Shown here piece after piece: positions 1 through 9,915 of a stretch of 48,714 nucleotides of DNA. The notes below the pieces were generated by a model. The model was not told where the DNA came from. It made no database searches and worked only from the letters and a program-made list of their open reading frames with translations. Source of the stretch: an uncultured bacterium (GTDB taxonomy: Bacteria; Chloroflexota; UBA5177; JANWHV01); NCBI GenBank assembly GCA_963827235.1, contig CAWHAE010000021.1, positions 1 to 48,714 on the forward strand. The letters run 5' to 3'. A program made the translations under genes and the position numbers. Each line of letters begins with the position of its first letter. Positions within the stretch are counted from its first letter, which is position 1.

Positions 1-1126
1 CCGCCATGTTCAGCCACGATCCGCTGACCGGAGTATACAGGGGCATGATGCCGTGGGCGAACAGCCAGAGCACGAAGTCGACCGTGTAGTGGCCGGTGAG
101 GTTGTCGAGCACCAGCAGCAGGCGCAGGGGCGGCAGATCCTGGGGCAGCGTGATCGGCGCCGTCAGCCCCTCCTGCCAGCGCTGCCAGAAGCGGCGATTC
201 TCCTCCGGCGGCAGCACCAGCGGTTCGGGCAGCGTGGCGAGGATCTGCTCCAGCTCGGCCTCCAGCCAGGGATGCAGCACGGCATTCGTCGTGCGCCGCA
301 CGCCCTTGACCCGCACCTGGCCGCTCGCCGGGCAGAATAGGGTCAGCTGCTTGGCCGTGCCGGCCCGGATGTACTCATGAGGATGGCGCACCGGCTCGCC
401 CTCCGGCTGCCAGTGCTGGCCGGGATACGGCACCGTTTGGAAGGGGCCGGCCTCGTCTTCGGTCCACAGCGGCAGCGCCTGCTGGGTGTAGGCCGCCTCG
501 ATCAAGTTTTTTTTCCGACGGCGTCGGGGTCGTGCACCGCCACCGTGCCCCGTTTGCGCTTGCGCTGTGCCGTGCCTGTCGGGCACCAGCTGCGATCGCG
601 CTGGTAGGTGTAGCCCGCCTCGTGCAGCACGGCGAAGATCGTCTGCGTGCTCACGTGCGGCAGCCCGTCGGGCGCCCGGCGCAGCGCCCGCTGCAGCGTG
701 ACCAACGACCAGCTCGCCGTCCCGTCGGCCTCGCGCTCGGGCGGCCGCTGCACCTCGGCCAGGATCCGCGCCTGCTCCGCCGTCCCGTACTGCCGTGGCG
801 GCCCACCCCGCCACTGGTGCTGCAGCGCCCGCAGCCCCCAGGCGGTTGAAGCGGACCACCAGTTGCGCCACCCCATCGCCACTGCGCCGGCCCCCTGCTC
901 GGGCAGCGTCGGTGAAGCGCTGCCCAGCGGCCACGGCGAGCAGCGCTCTGGCGCGGGCCACCTGGCCCGCCGGCGCACTCTCGGATCGGCTGATGCGCGG
1001 TGAACTCGGCGTGCTCCTCGCTGCTGAGCGGACGCAGCGGTTCCTTCTGATGGCGGGCCATGCGCAGCCTCCAAGCAGACTGGACGCCAGTACAAGCCCT
1101 CCTATCATCGTCCTGCTACTCCTCTA
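1..1126 (-). mobile_element. IS630-family insertion sequence, partial (transposase runs off the window start)
   Basis: The transposase starts at 1061 ([13 protein letters not shown]). The HTH region has [12 protein letters not shown] and ends ...DPDAVGKKT at an A8 tract (T8 at 507-514 on +). The next frame reads LIEAAY...[10 protein letters not shown]...VLDNLTGH...[13 protein letters not shown], the DDE core of IS630. The right boundary is a guess at the TA at 1125-1126. Confidence 0.85.
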
Positions 1127-1295
1127 AGGCAAGCAACATGTCAACCGACCCACTAGTTGCCCCTGCCGACTGAGCCATCCGCCATCCAGGCTATTGACCA
1201 ATCCACTGCGCCATTCTACCGATCTGTAGCATATGTGTATGGCTCATAGGCGGCACGGGACGTAATGCTCCGTCCATCGTCCTGATCGCACCGTC

Positions 1296-2097
1296 TTGCA
1301 GAGGCCGGATGTGCACACCGTTCTCTTGCCCTGTACCCCGACCTCATCATTTACGGACGTGATGGTGCCTGATATAAGTAGGGAGCAACTGATCGAGGCC
1401 GTACGTGCCTATGCCGAGTTCGAGGCCACGCACATCCTCGCGCTCACGACGAAAGCGATGACGATCTGCGCGTGCGCTTGTTGGGGGCAGGCACCCAGGA
1501 CTGGGTGCTCAAGCCCTTCACCGTGGCGGAGCTGATTGCCCGTGCGGGCAACCTGGCCACGATGAAGCGAGTGCGCGACGTGCTTCAGACACAGGTGACC
1601 ACTGGCCGGCACGACCTCGAGGCTCTCGCCCGCGAAGTGGCGGCCCGTAAGCTGGAGGCCGAACGAGCCAATCAGACCAAGGACGAATTCCTGGAGAATG
1701 CCGCACACGAACTCTGCGCACGCCGCTGACCGTCCTCATTGGCACGGCCAAGCTGCGAGCGTCCCACATCGATTCGGCCGCTGGCCGCCACCGGTGCCGA
1801 GCAGAGCCGGCTCACGACGGCGCTCGCTCAGGTGCACAACCTGCAACAGGGAGAGCAGCGCCAGCTCGACGGGCTGGTCCGACTTGCGGCGGGACTGCTG
1901 GATTCAAGGCGCGCTCAGGAAGGTGTGCTGGGCCCGTAGCCCACCCGCTGCGACCTGCCGGCGATCGTGCGCGAGGCAATCCTCGAACAACACCATCTGA
2001 CGCCGCAGCTCGACACCCGGATGGAGCCGGCCGAGGACGAGCTACCGGTAGTGCTCGACGCCGATCGCATCCGTCGCGGGCCTGGGACTACATGATG
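1296..2097 (+). pseudogene. Decayed hybrid response regulator/sensor histidine kinase
   Basis: Receiver remnant (LLGAGTQDWVLKPFTVAELIAR) and HisKA box (ANQTKDEFLENAAHEL/RTPLT) lie in different frames. There is an in-frame TAG at 1937-1939 and the gene ends before any HATPase domain. Confidence 0.7.
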
Positions 2098-2155
2098 AAC
2101 GCCTGAGAATTCGGACCGCCGTCCGGCCCGGTCAAGGAGGGCAGCGCTTGTGCCC

Positions 2156-2431
2156 TCAGCCCGGGCGGACGGTGCGTTCGTCCCGGTCGTCGATCGACTC
2201 GTCGTCCTCCTGGTAGAGGATGTCGTCATAGTGCTCGGACTTGCCGCCCAGCCGGCCGCCGGCATTGCTCACTGCCTGACGAGCCCGGGCGGCGTCTTCC
2301 CGCGCCTTGCCTTCCAACTCCCGATTCTTACCTTCGGCCTCCTTCTCCGGCCTTCCAGCCGTTTTGCCGAGCAACGATTCCGCCTTCCCGACGGCCTGAT
2401 CGGCCGCGCCCTTCAACTCGTCACGATCCAC
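2156..2431 (-). CDS. csbD: CsbD-family general stress protein
   Basis: MDRDELKGAADQAVGKAESLLGKTAG...EAEGKNRELEGKARE is the CsbD pattern; GAGGAG RBS upstream. Confidence 0.8.
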   Translation of the reverse strand: MDRDELKGAADQAVGKAESLLGKTAGRPEKEAEGKNRELEGKAREDAARARQAVSNAGGRLGGKSEHYDDILYQEDDESIDDRDERTVRPG

Positions 2432-2530
2432 GACGGCGTGCTCCTCTCACCTGGTCATGCCATCACCCACGCGTGTAACCACGCCACGCCGGGGTCCGCA
2501 TCTGTCGCCGTTTGATCGGCGCCGCATGTC

Positions 2531-2760
2531 GAAACCCGGCAGTCATGCCGGAGGGCCTCGGGTGCCGGCATCTCGCTGCAGCGGCCATGACCCTCAGCCA
2601 AATACTGCTCATTTGGGCGGAAATCCAGCCGTCCCCAGAACCGGGTCTGTCACGGACATCCCCAAGCCGTCTTGGGCTCGTCTCCGGCCCGCGCTTGTCT
2701 CTCCCTGGTCTCAGCACAAGCACTCCGCGCCTATCGGCGCGTAGTGCCACTCTGGGCCTC
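2531..2760 (-). ncRNA. OLE-like (ornate, large, extremophilic) RNA, 5' half only or compact variant
   Basis: Minus strand reads AGAGUGG (2753-2747); hairpin CGCGCC-GAUA-GGCGCG; AGUGCUUGU-GCUGAGACCAGGGAGAG-ACAAGC; hairpin CCCAAG-ACGG-CUUGGG; and UUCCGCCCAAAUGAGCAGUAUUUGGCUGA. Motifs and their order match the 5' domain of OLE RNA as I recall it. The conserved 3'-half motifs are not recognisable. Ends are approximate. Confidence 0.62.
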
Positions 2761-2818
2761 CGCGAGCCATCGCGCGTCGACCTTTCGGCTCGCCGGTGCC
2801 AGCAAACTGGACTAGTCC

Positions 2819-3660
2819 TCAGGAATAACGCCAGCTCAATGCCTGCAGCATGCCCTTGAGCGCCCCCACGGCCTGGTGGAACCGCTCCGGGCCGCTGAAT
2901 CCGCTGAAGCGGCCGCTCTCGGCGAGGTGCGGCTCGAGCGAGAGGAAGCCCTCGTAGCCGGCGCGCTGCAAGTCGCGCGAGGAACGACGGCCACTCGCCC
3001 AGCCCCTCGCCAACCGGCACGACAGTGCCATCGGCGGTCGCGTCTTTCACATGCACATAGCGCAGCCAGGGCTCCAGGGCCGCAAAGCCGTCCGGGATAT
3101 GGGCGCTGGCCGCACTGGATGAAGTTGGCGGGATCGAACACGGCGCCGAAGTGCGGATCGGCGAGGCTCTCGCAAAGGTCGACGCAGCGCGCAACCGTAT
3201 CGCCGTAGATCTCCTTCTCGTTCTCGTGCAGGAGAACGACGTCGGCGGCACGAGCTCGTGCCGTGAGCTCGCGCAGGCGCCGGAGCACTTCCTCTCGGTG
3301 GAGAGCTATCTCGGGATTCGCCTGCGGATCTTCGGGCGGGTAAAACGAGAAGATCCTGATGAACGGCACATGGAAGAAGCGAGCCACGGTGATCGCCCGC
3401 TCGAAGCGATGGACGTGCGCGTCGAATGACGAATCGACCGCCACCTTGCCGATTGGCGAGCCGATGGCGGAGACTGCGATGCCCGCGCGGCTCGAGCGCC
3501 CTCGCCACGGTCGTGAGCTGCTCGTCGGTCAGGTCGAGCACGTTGGTGCTGCCACACGCTCCTCAGCTCCAGGTGCCCAATGCCCTCCTCGCTGGAGCGC
3601 CGCGATCTGCTCGTTCAGCTCCGCAGAGATCTCGTCGGCGAACGCCGATAGTATCACCAT
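2819..3660 (-). CDS. Sugar phosphate isomerase/epimerase (xylose isomerase-like TIM barrel), frameshifted in the assembly
   Basis: Fragments in several frames: MVILSAFADEIS, FIRIFSFYPP, LLHENEKEIYGD, AVFDPANFIQCG, YVHVKDA, GFLSLEPHL. Confidence 0.85.
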
Positions 3661-4717
3661 CAGACCGCTACCTCCTTGCCCAGTGCGAGCAGACTCGTAG
3701 ATGCTCAGGATCACTTCGACCGCGTGCTTCGCCTCCCGGCCCTCCAGCAGCGGCTTGGCGCCTTCCCGCACGGCCCGGACCATGTCGGCAATCTGCAGGG
3801 CATGGCTTGCGATTCCCACGGCGGCAGGCTCAGACGCGGTTTGCCCGGCTCCGCTCGCCGGACGTGCGCGCTGGAGCGCCGCCGTATGCCCCGGCTTCTT
3901 CGACGTCGTCGCGACGCAGGTGCAGATAAGCCAGGCTGTCGGCCTCGATCACCGCCGATCCGCCGTCGCCCGTACACCTCGATGCGCGTCGTCACACCCG
4001 GATAGGCGGCAGTAGTAGCCGTGATCGTGCCGAGCGGCGCCGCTTGCGAAGCGCAGGGCAGCAGCCGCCACGTCTTCGGTCTCCATGCGATGCGCCAGCG
4101 TATCGGTGTACGCGGTGACGCTCTTCACCGGACCCATCAGCCAGGTCAACAGATCGATGGAATGGATGGACTGGTTCATCAGCACGCCGCCGCCGTCGAG
4201 CGCCCAGGTTCCTCGCCAGGCGCCGCTGTCGTAGTACGACTGCGAGCGCCACCAGGGCACGTGTGCGACGCCGAGCACGAGGCGGCCAAAGGCGACCTTC
4301 GCGCACCAGATCATGCACGCGAACGCTCGCCGGATCGAAGCGGTGTTGGCTGATCACGCCAGCTGCAGGCCGCATGCCTGCTGTACGCGCAGCATCTCGT
4401 CCATCGCCGCACGCGTGATCTCCATTGGCTTCTCCACCAGCACATGCACGCCCGCGCGCAGTGCCGCGCACGCGTGCTCGCCGTGGTATCCGCTCGGCGT
4501 GCAAATGCTGACCAGGTCCAGCCGCTCGCGCGCCAGCATTTCGCCCATATCGTGGTACGCAACGGCGCCAAAACGATCGGCGAGCGTCGGCGGCCCGCTC
4601 GGCAACCACGTCGCACACCGCGACCAGCTCGGCATCGCCCAGCCCGGCGACCGCCTCGGCGTGCGTCGGCCCAATGACGCCGCAACCGATGATGCCGTAT
4701 CTGAGCGGAGTGCTCAT
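3660..4717 (-). CDS. Gfo/Idh/MocA family oxidoreductase, frameshifted in the assembly
   Basis: YGIIGCGVIG, ICTPSGYH, HVLVEKPM, GGGVLMNQSIHSID, ILSIYESARTG, spread over frames. The likely stop overlaps the next start (TGATG). Confidence 0.85.
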
Positions 4718-4729
4718 CGACGACCGTTT

Positions 4730-5709
4730 CTAGGTCCGGAGGACGATCTTGCCGAAGTGGCTCCGAGTGGCCAGCAGCTTGTGGGCTAGGGGTGCATCGG
4801 AAAGCGAGAGCACGCGATCGATCACGGCGTGCAGCCGCTCGTGCGCCACCAGGTCACAGAGCTGCCGGAAGCGGTCAGCCGGCCTGGTAGGGCGGCAGGG
4901 CGCTTGCGTTTAGTCCGATCACACTGATGCCGCGCGACACCAGGTACTGCAGGTCGACGTCGACCGCCGATCCTCCGATCATGCCGACGGAGATCAGACG
5001 CCCGCCCATGGCAAGACACTCCAGGCTGCGATGGAAGACGGTCACCGCCCACCGTGTCGACCATCACGTCCACGCCCCGGTTGTTCGTCATGTGTCGCAC
5101 CTGTGAGGCGAAGTTCGCCTTGGTGTAGTTGATGCCGTGGTCGGCACCGAGCTGCCGTGCCTGCTCGAGCTTCGCATCAGCGCCCGCGGTGGCGATTACC
5201 CTGGCGCCGAGCAGTTTGGCAATCTGAATGGCCGCGACCCCCACGCCGCTACCCGCCGCATGGATGACCACCCACTGACCCGGCTCGATGGCGGCCCGGT
5301 CGACCAGCGCCTGCCAGGCCGTGTACGCGGTCATGCCCAGCGCCGCGGCATCCTCATAGCGCATGTCCCGGGGCATGGGAAAGGCAAGAGAGGTGGGCAC
5401 GACGATAAACTCAGCGTACGTGCCGTCGCGCAACCGGCCCAGCACATCGCCGCTCACGAACACGCGGTCACCCGGACGGGCGTCGCCACCAGAGCCGCGG
5501 ACGACCGCGCCTGCGCCATCCATGCCGAGGATGTGCGGCATGCTCTTGCCTAGAGGAATGACCCCCTCGCGGAGCAGGAGATCCGCTCGACAGACGGCAG
5601 CAGCGCGCAGACGAATCAGCAGCTCGTTGCGGCCGGGCTCCGGCGCCGGTGCTTCCTCGAGCTGCAGGACCTCGGGTCCGCCTGTACTGTGGATACGTAC
5701 TGCCCGCAT
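4730..5709 (-). CDS. NADPH:quinone reductase / zinc-binding dehydrogenase (MDR family), 3' frameshifts
   Basis: MRAVRIHSTGGPEVL, GTYAEF, VIHAAGSGVGVAAIQIAK; C-terminus PVIDRVLSL...HFGKIVL in another frame. Confidence 0.85.
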
Positions 5710-5814
5710 AGCCCTCCTGATCTGCTATAGTCGCTCGACACCCAGCTTGGCACGCAAGCACCACCGCTGGATAGCTTGATGACCTGCCGAACCAAGTGTA
5801 GCAGTGCTACGCGC

Positions 5815-6459
5815 TCACGAGATCTCGGACAGATGCGAGACGTCGTTCAGGCAGATGACTTCGGTCGACGCGAGCTCATATCCGTCTTCCGGCGATCCTA
5901 TTGTCCTGTCCGCGAACTCGATCCTGCTGATGCCGCAGTTGTTCATCCGAAACCAGATCGAGAGCTGGCGCGGCATATGGAGGAGCGCGCGAATCAGATA
6001 GCATCCGAAGGCGCCATGCGTAGCGACCACGACGCGGTCTCCGGCAGCATGCCGGGTGCGCAGAGCGGCAAGCGCCGAGGCACCTCGCTCCAGCGCGGTC
6101 TCATAGGTCTCGCCACCGTGATCCCATCCTGCCGCCTCGAAGCTGTCCTCGAACACGGCCTTAGGGAAGCCGCGCAGTAGCTCGGCCCGCCCGAAGCCCC
6201 GATGCAGCGATCGCCTGTGCTCCTGAAGCTCCGGCCACACCTCGATGCGCTGGATGCCTGTCGCGTCGGCAATCGCCGTGGCCGTGGCGAGGGCCCGCAC
6301 CAGTGGGCTGCTCAGCACGTGGGTAATGCCAGCATGCACTAGGGCTGCTCCGGTGTCCCGCGCCTGCTGCCTACCAAGCGGTGTCAGCTCGCCGTCAGGC
6401 ACGTCGTCGGTCGTGATGTTCCCGGTCGACTGACCGTGGCGGACGATGATCAGCTCCAT
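5815..6459 (-). CDS. Histidine phosphatase (phosphoglycerate mutase family)
   Basis: IVRHGQS, SSPLVRA and VVATHG motifs. Confidence 0.9.
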   Translation of the reverse strand: MELIIVRHGQSTGNITTDDVPDGELTPLGRQQARDTGAALVHAGITHVLSSPLVRALATATAIADATGIQRIEVWPELQEHRRSLHRGFGRAELLRGFPKAVFEDSFEAAGWDHGGETYETALERGASALAALRTRHAAGDRVVVATHGAFGCYLIRALLHMPRQLSIWFRMNNCGISRIEFADRTIGSPEDGYELASTEVICLNDVSHLSEIS

Positions 6460-6468
6460 GCCGGGCCG

Positions 6469-6930
6469 TCAGCGAATCTTTATGATCTTGACTTTGCGCA
6501 CGCCGGCCGGCGCGTTGACCTCAACCTCGTCGCCCGCAGCGTGGTTTAGCAGGGCTCGCCCGATCGGCGACTCGTTGGAGATTCGACCCTTGGTCGGTGC
6601 CGCTTCCAGCGGGCCTACGATCGTGTAGGTGTCCTGATCGCCGTCCTGCTCGATCGTAACCACGGAGCCGAGCTGAATGGTGCCTGTGGCCGGAGCTTCA
6701 ATCAGCACGGCATTGCGGAGGAAGTGCTCGAGCTGAGCTATGCGCCCTTCGAGCAATGCTTGCTCGTCTTTCGCGTGATCGTACGCGGCATTCTCGGACA
6801 AATCGCCATCTTCCGCCGCAGCGCCAATCTGAGCTGCGACTTCAGCGCGTCGCACGTTGATCAGGTGCTGGTACTCCGCTTCGATCTGGGCGCGACCTTC
6901 GGCGGTAAGCGGTATGGGCTTGTCATTCAT
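6469..6930 (-). CDS. greA: Transcription elongation factor GreA
   Basis: GDLSENAAYDHAK and ISNESPIGRALL motifs. Confidence 0.95.
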   Translation of the reverse strand: MNDKPIPLTAEGRAQIEAEYQHLINVRRAEVAAQIGAAAEDGDLSENAAYDHAKDEQALLEGRIAQLEHFLRNAVLIEAPATGTIQLGSVVTIEQDGDQDTYTIVGPLEAAPTKGRISNESPIGRALLNHAAGDEVEVNAPAGVRKVKIIKIR

Positions 6931-6974
6931 CTATCAGTGTTCCATTCCTCACTACTGGCCGAGCCGGACATGCC

Positions 6975-7577
6975 TTAGGAGCTCCTTCGCGTACGAAGTG
7001 TATTCAGCGCCGCAACGACTTGGTTGCGAGTTTCCGCCAAGCTGCCGGAATTGTCAATAATAACATGAACCTGACTACGGTATAGGTCCAGTGAAGGCTG
7101 AACGGCGATTCTGGCCTGCGCGTCCGCTTCGGCCAGCCCGCGCGACCGCACAAGCCGTTCAACCTGCTGCTTTGGATCGGCAGTAACCCACCACACGACG
7201 TCCATCAAGGTGCCCAGGTCTCCTGCCAGGAGCTTCACGGCGTCGACCACGACGGTGCCGTCTGCGGGCAGCGATCCCAGTCTCGTGCGCACGACGGCCC
7301 GAACCGCCGGGTGGACGATGCGCTCCAGTCGCAGCAGCTCCGGAGGCGACGCGAACACGATCCGGCCCAGGGCGCCCCGATCGATACTCCCGCCGCCGTT
7401 GAGCACGGCGGTGCCGAATGCCTCGAGGACCTCCTCGCGCACGCGAGGATCATCCCGCAGCAGGTTGTGCGTCACATGATCGGCGTCGATAATGGTCGCG
7501 CCGGCGAGGTCCTGCATCATAGCGTCGACCGTGGACTTGCCACAGGCGATATTGCCCGTGACGCCTATCTTGAGCAA
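6975..7577 (-). CDS. coaE: Dephospho-CoA kinase
   Basis: IGVTGNIACGKST, IIDAD, IDRGALGRIVF, IVHPAV, IIDNSGS. Confidence 0.93.
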   Translation of the reverse strand: MLKIGVTGNIACGKSTVDAMMQDLAGATIIDADHVTHNLLRDDPRVREEVLEAFGTAVLNGGGSIDRGALGRIVFASPPELLRLERIVHPAVRAVVRTRLGSLPADGTVVVDAVKLLAGDLGTLMDVVWWVTADPKQQVERLVRSRGLAEADAQARIAVQPSLDLYRSQVHVIIDNSGSLAETRNQVVAALNTLRTRRSS

Positions 7578-7604
7578 CGGCGGACCTATTCCCTCGTGAT
7601 CGTC

Positions 7605-7844
7605 TCAGTTCGCGTCGGCCGATTTTCCATTTGCGCCGGGAGAACGGCGCGCCCGGTTCTTCTTGATATAGTCGCGGATCTTGTCTACAGCGTCGGCAAG
7701 CTCAAGAAACTCCGCGTACTCGAAGTCCATCACCATGCTGCGTTCCAGAAAACCGACAGAAACCGTCTCCGTATCAGGATCATCCCATGCAACGAAGAAT
7801 TCGTTGTCCACGATATCCGGATACTGCTCGCTCTTCTGACTCAC
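7605..7844 (-). CDS. Small acidic hypothetical protein (79 aa)
   Basis: GTG start with GGAAGGAG RBS; protein-like sequence (PDIVDNEFFVAWDDPDTETVSVGF...); fills the gap between sucC and coaE. Confidence 0.65.
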   Translation of the reverse strand: MSQKSEQYPDIVDNEFFVAWDDPDTETVSVGFLERSMVMDFEYAEFLELADAVDKIRDYIKKNRARRSPGANGKSADAN

Positions 7845-7890
7845 CTGAAATGCTCCTTCCGGCCGTTGCGCAGGCGCGCCGAGGCTCCGC

Positions 7891-9018
7891 CTACCGGCCA
7901 AGCAACTGCTGAATCGTCTGTGCCGCCTCCTGCACGCCTGCCACTGGCACGAAGCGGCTCCCTTGTAGAAGTTGGCGGCCCTCGGCCTCCTGCGTACCTG
8001 CCAGGCGCACCACGACCGGCACACGAATCTTGAGATCTTGTTCGGCCTGCAGCATGCCCCTGGCTACCTCGTCACAGCGCGTGATGCCGCCGAAGATGTT
8101 GAAGATGATCCCCTTGACATTCGCATCGCTCAGCACCATGTTCACCGCCTTCGCGACCTGAGCCGCCTGGGCGCCGCCCCCGATATCCAGGAAATTAGCA
8201 GGCCGACCACCGCTTGCCGTCACTACGTCGAGCGTGTTCATGACCAGACCCGCCCCATTGCCGATCACGCCGATATCGCCTCCGAGATGGACGTAGGTCA
8301 GCCCTTGCTCGCTGGCCAGCCGATCCATCTCGTTGTCGAACGACCCTTCTCGCCAGGGCATCAGATCAGGATGACGATAGAGAGCATTGTCGTCGATGTC
8401 GACCTTGGCATCCGCTGCCACGACCGCGCCATCCGCGGTAATCGCCAGCGGATTGATCTCAGCCAGGAGACAGTCGTGGCGAACCACCGTCGCATAGAGC
8501 CCCTTGAGCGCAGCACCCAGAGGGCGGAGCTTGCTCTGGTCGAAGCCCGCCTGCTTCATGGCCCGGCGCACGTCGAAGTCGAGCAGGCCGAAGGCAGGGT
8601 CGATCGGCACCTTCACGATGGCCTGTGGGCTGTTCTGCGCCACCTCTTCGATGTCGATGCCTCCCATGGCGCTCAGCATCATGATGAACCGCTTGCTCGC
8701 GCGATCGTTGACGATCCCGGCGTAGTACTCGCTCTCGATGCTCAGAGCCGGCTCGACGAGCACCGTCTCCACCTTGAGCCCCTTGATGCTCATGCCGAGT
8801 ATGGCACCGGCAACCTCACCCGCCTCCGATGGCGAAGCCACCCGCACGCCCCCGGCCTTGCCGCGGCCTCCGGCGTGCACTTGCGCCTTGATCACCACGC
8901 GACCGAATCTCGACGCGATAGCGACAACCTCGGCGGGCGTCTGCGCCACCTCGCCCTGCGGCACCGGCATCCCGGCGGCGCGGAAGAGGTCCTTGCCCTG
9001 ATACTCGTACAGTTTCAC
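7891..9018 (-). CDS. sucC: Succinyl-CoA synthetase (ADP-forming) beta subunit
   Basis: KLYEYQGK, KAQVHAGGRGKAGGV, EINPL, GNGAGL, ANFLDIGGG, NIFGGITRCD. Confidence 0.95.
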   Translation of the reverse strand: MKLYEYQGKDLFRAAGMPVPQGEVAQTPAEVVAIASRFGRVVIKAQVHAGGRGKAGGVRVASPSEAGEVAGAILGMSIKGLKVETVLVEPALSIESEYYAGIVNDRASKRFIMMLSAMGGIDIEEVAQNSPQAIVKVPIDPAFGLLDFDVRRAMKQAGFDQSKLRPLGAALKGLYATVVRHDCLLAEINPLAITADGAVVAADAKVDIDDNALYRHPDLMPWREGSFDNEMDRLASEQGLTYVHLGGDIGVIGNGAGLVMNTLDVVTASGGRPANFLDIGGGAQAAQVAKAVNMVLSDANVKGIIFNIFGGITRCDEVARGMLQAEQDLKIRVPVVVRLAGTQEAEGRQLLQGSRFVPVAGVQEAAQTIQQLLGR

Positions 9019-9032
9019 GGATTGGTGCTCCC

Positions 9033-9860
9033 TTAGAACAGCTCCCGCTGCCTGAAGAGCGACCGCGTGTCCCACTCGACACTCGGTCGATCGCGCTCCG
9101 CTACGAGAAGCTCGAACGGCGGCGTCCGGTGAAGCAGGCTGAAATGGCGGTGCACTGCCGCCAGGGCGATCGAGGGACGGTTGTTCTCCTGGCTCAGGTG
9201 CGCCAGCCACACCCACCGATCGTGACCCGCGTCCGCGAGTTCCTGCAGCAACGCGGCAGTCTGCTCATTGGCGAGATGGCCGTTGTCCCCGGCGATGCGC
9301 TTCTTGAGTATAGCCGAGTATTCGCGATTCGCGGCCAGCCGTCCACGATCGTGATTCGCCTCGATTATAGTGAGGTGCGTATCCTGCAGCGCCTCCCGCA
9401 CGTGCGCCGAGCAATGCCCCAGGTCCGTGGCAATGCCGACGCGCCAGTCTCCATACGCGATGTGGTAACCGACCGGCTCCGACGCGTCATGGGGTACCGG
9501 AAAAGCATACACCTCGAACGGCCCCACGGTGCACACGCTGCCCGGCAGCAGGGGCTGTCTGTTCACCTTGGTACCCAGCCGCATAGCACCGAGCGTACCG
9601 GGTGTAGCGATCAGTGCCGCTCCGGTCTGTCGAGCCAGCACGTCCGCGCCCACGACATGGTCGGAATGCTCGTGCGTAATCAGGATTGCCGTGAGATGCG
9701 ACTGGAACACGCAGTGCTGCCGGAGCAATGCGGCAAGCTGGCGAGCGCTCAGCCCGGCATCAATCAAGAGTGTCGCCGAAGGCGACTCTACCAGAAGGGC
9801 ATTGGCCGAGCTTCCGCTTGCCAAGCACTTCACCCGTAGCGCACCTGCCGTGGCGATCAT
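9033..9860 (-). CDS. MBL-fold metallo-hydrolase (YycJ/WalJ-like)
   Basis: LASGSSAN, IDAG, THEHSDH, VPHD, ATDLG, IEANHD, LAHLSQENN. Confidence 0.9.
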   Translation of the reverse strand: MIATAGALRVKCLASGSSANALLVESPSATLLIDAGLSARQLAALLRQHCVFQSHLTAILITHEHSDHVVGADVLARQTGAALIATPGTLGAMRLGTKVNRQPLLPGSVCTVGPFEVYAFPVPHDASEPVGYHIAYGDWRVGIATDLGHCSAHVREALQDTHLTIIEANHDRGRLAANREYSAILKKRIAGDNGHLANEQTAALLQELADAGHDRWVWLAHLSQENNRPSIALAAVHRHFSLLHRTPPFELLVAERDRPSVEWDTRSLFRQRELF

Positions 9861-9915
9861 CACTGCTTCCCCATCTGGTGTCGGGCCAGTAGACGAGCGC
9901 CGCTCGGTACTCAGA

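Noticed and set aside
2150-2530. 3' half of a full-length ~600-nt OLE RNA
   Set aside because: The conserved 3' motifs and the terminal CCACUCU are not found, and most of the space is the csbD coding region.
2700-2730. TPP riboswitch (minus-strand GGAGUGCUUGUGCUGAGA resembles its 5' half)
   Set aside because: The 3' half (CCUGAU...UAAU.CC.GCG.AGG) is absent and no thiamine gene follows; the flanking motifs fit OLE RNA better.
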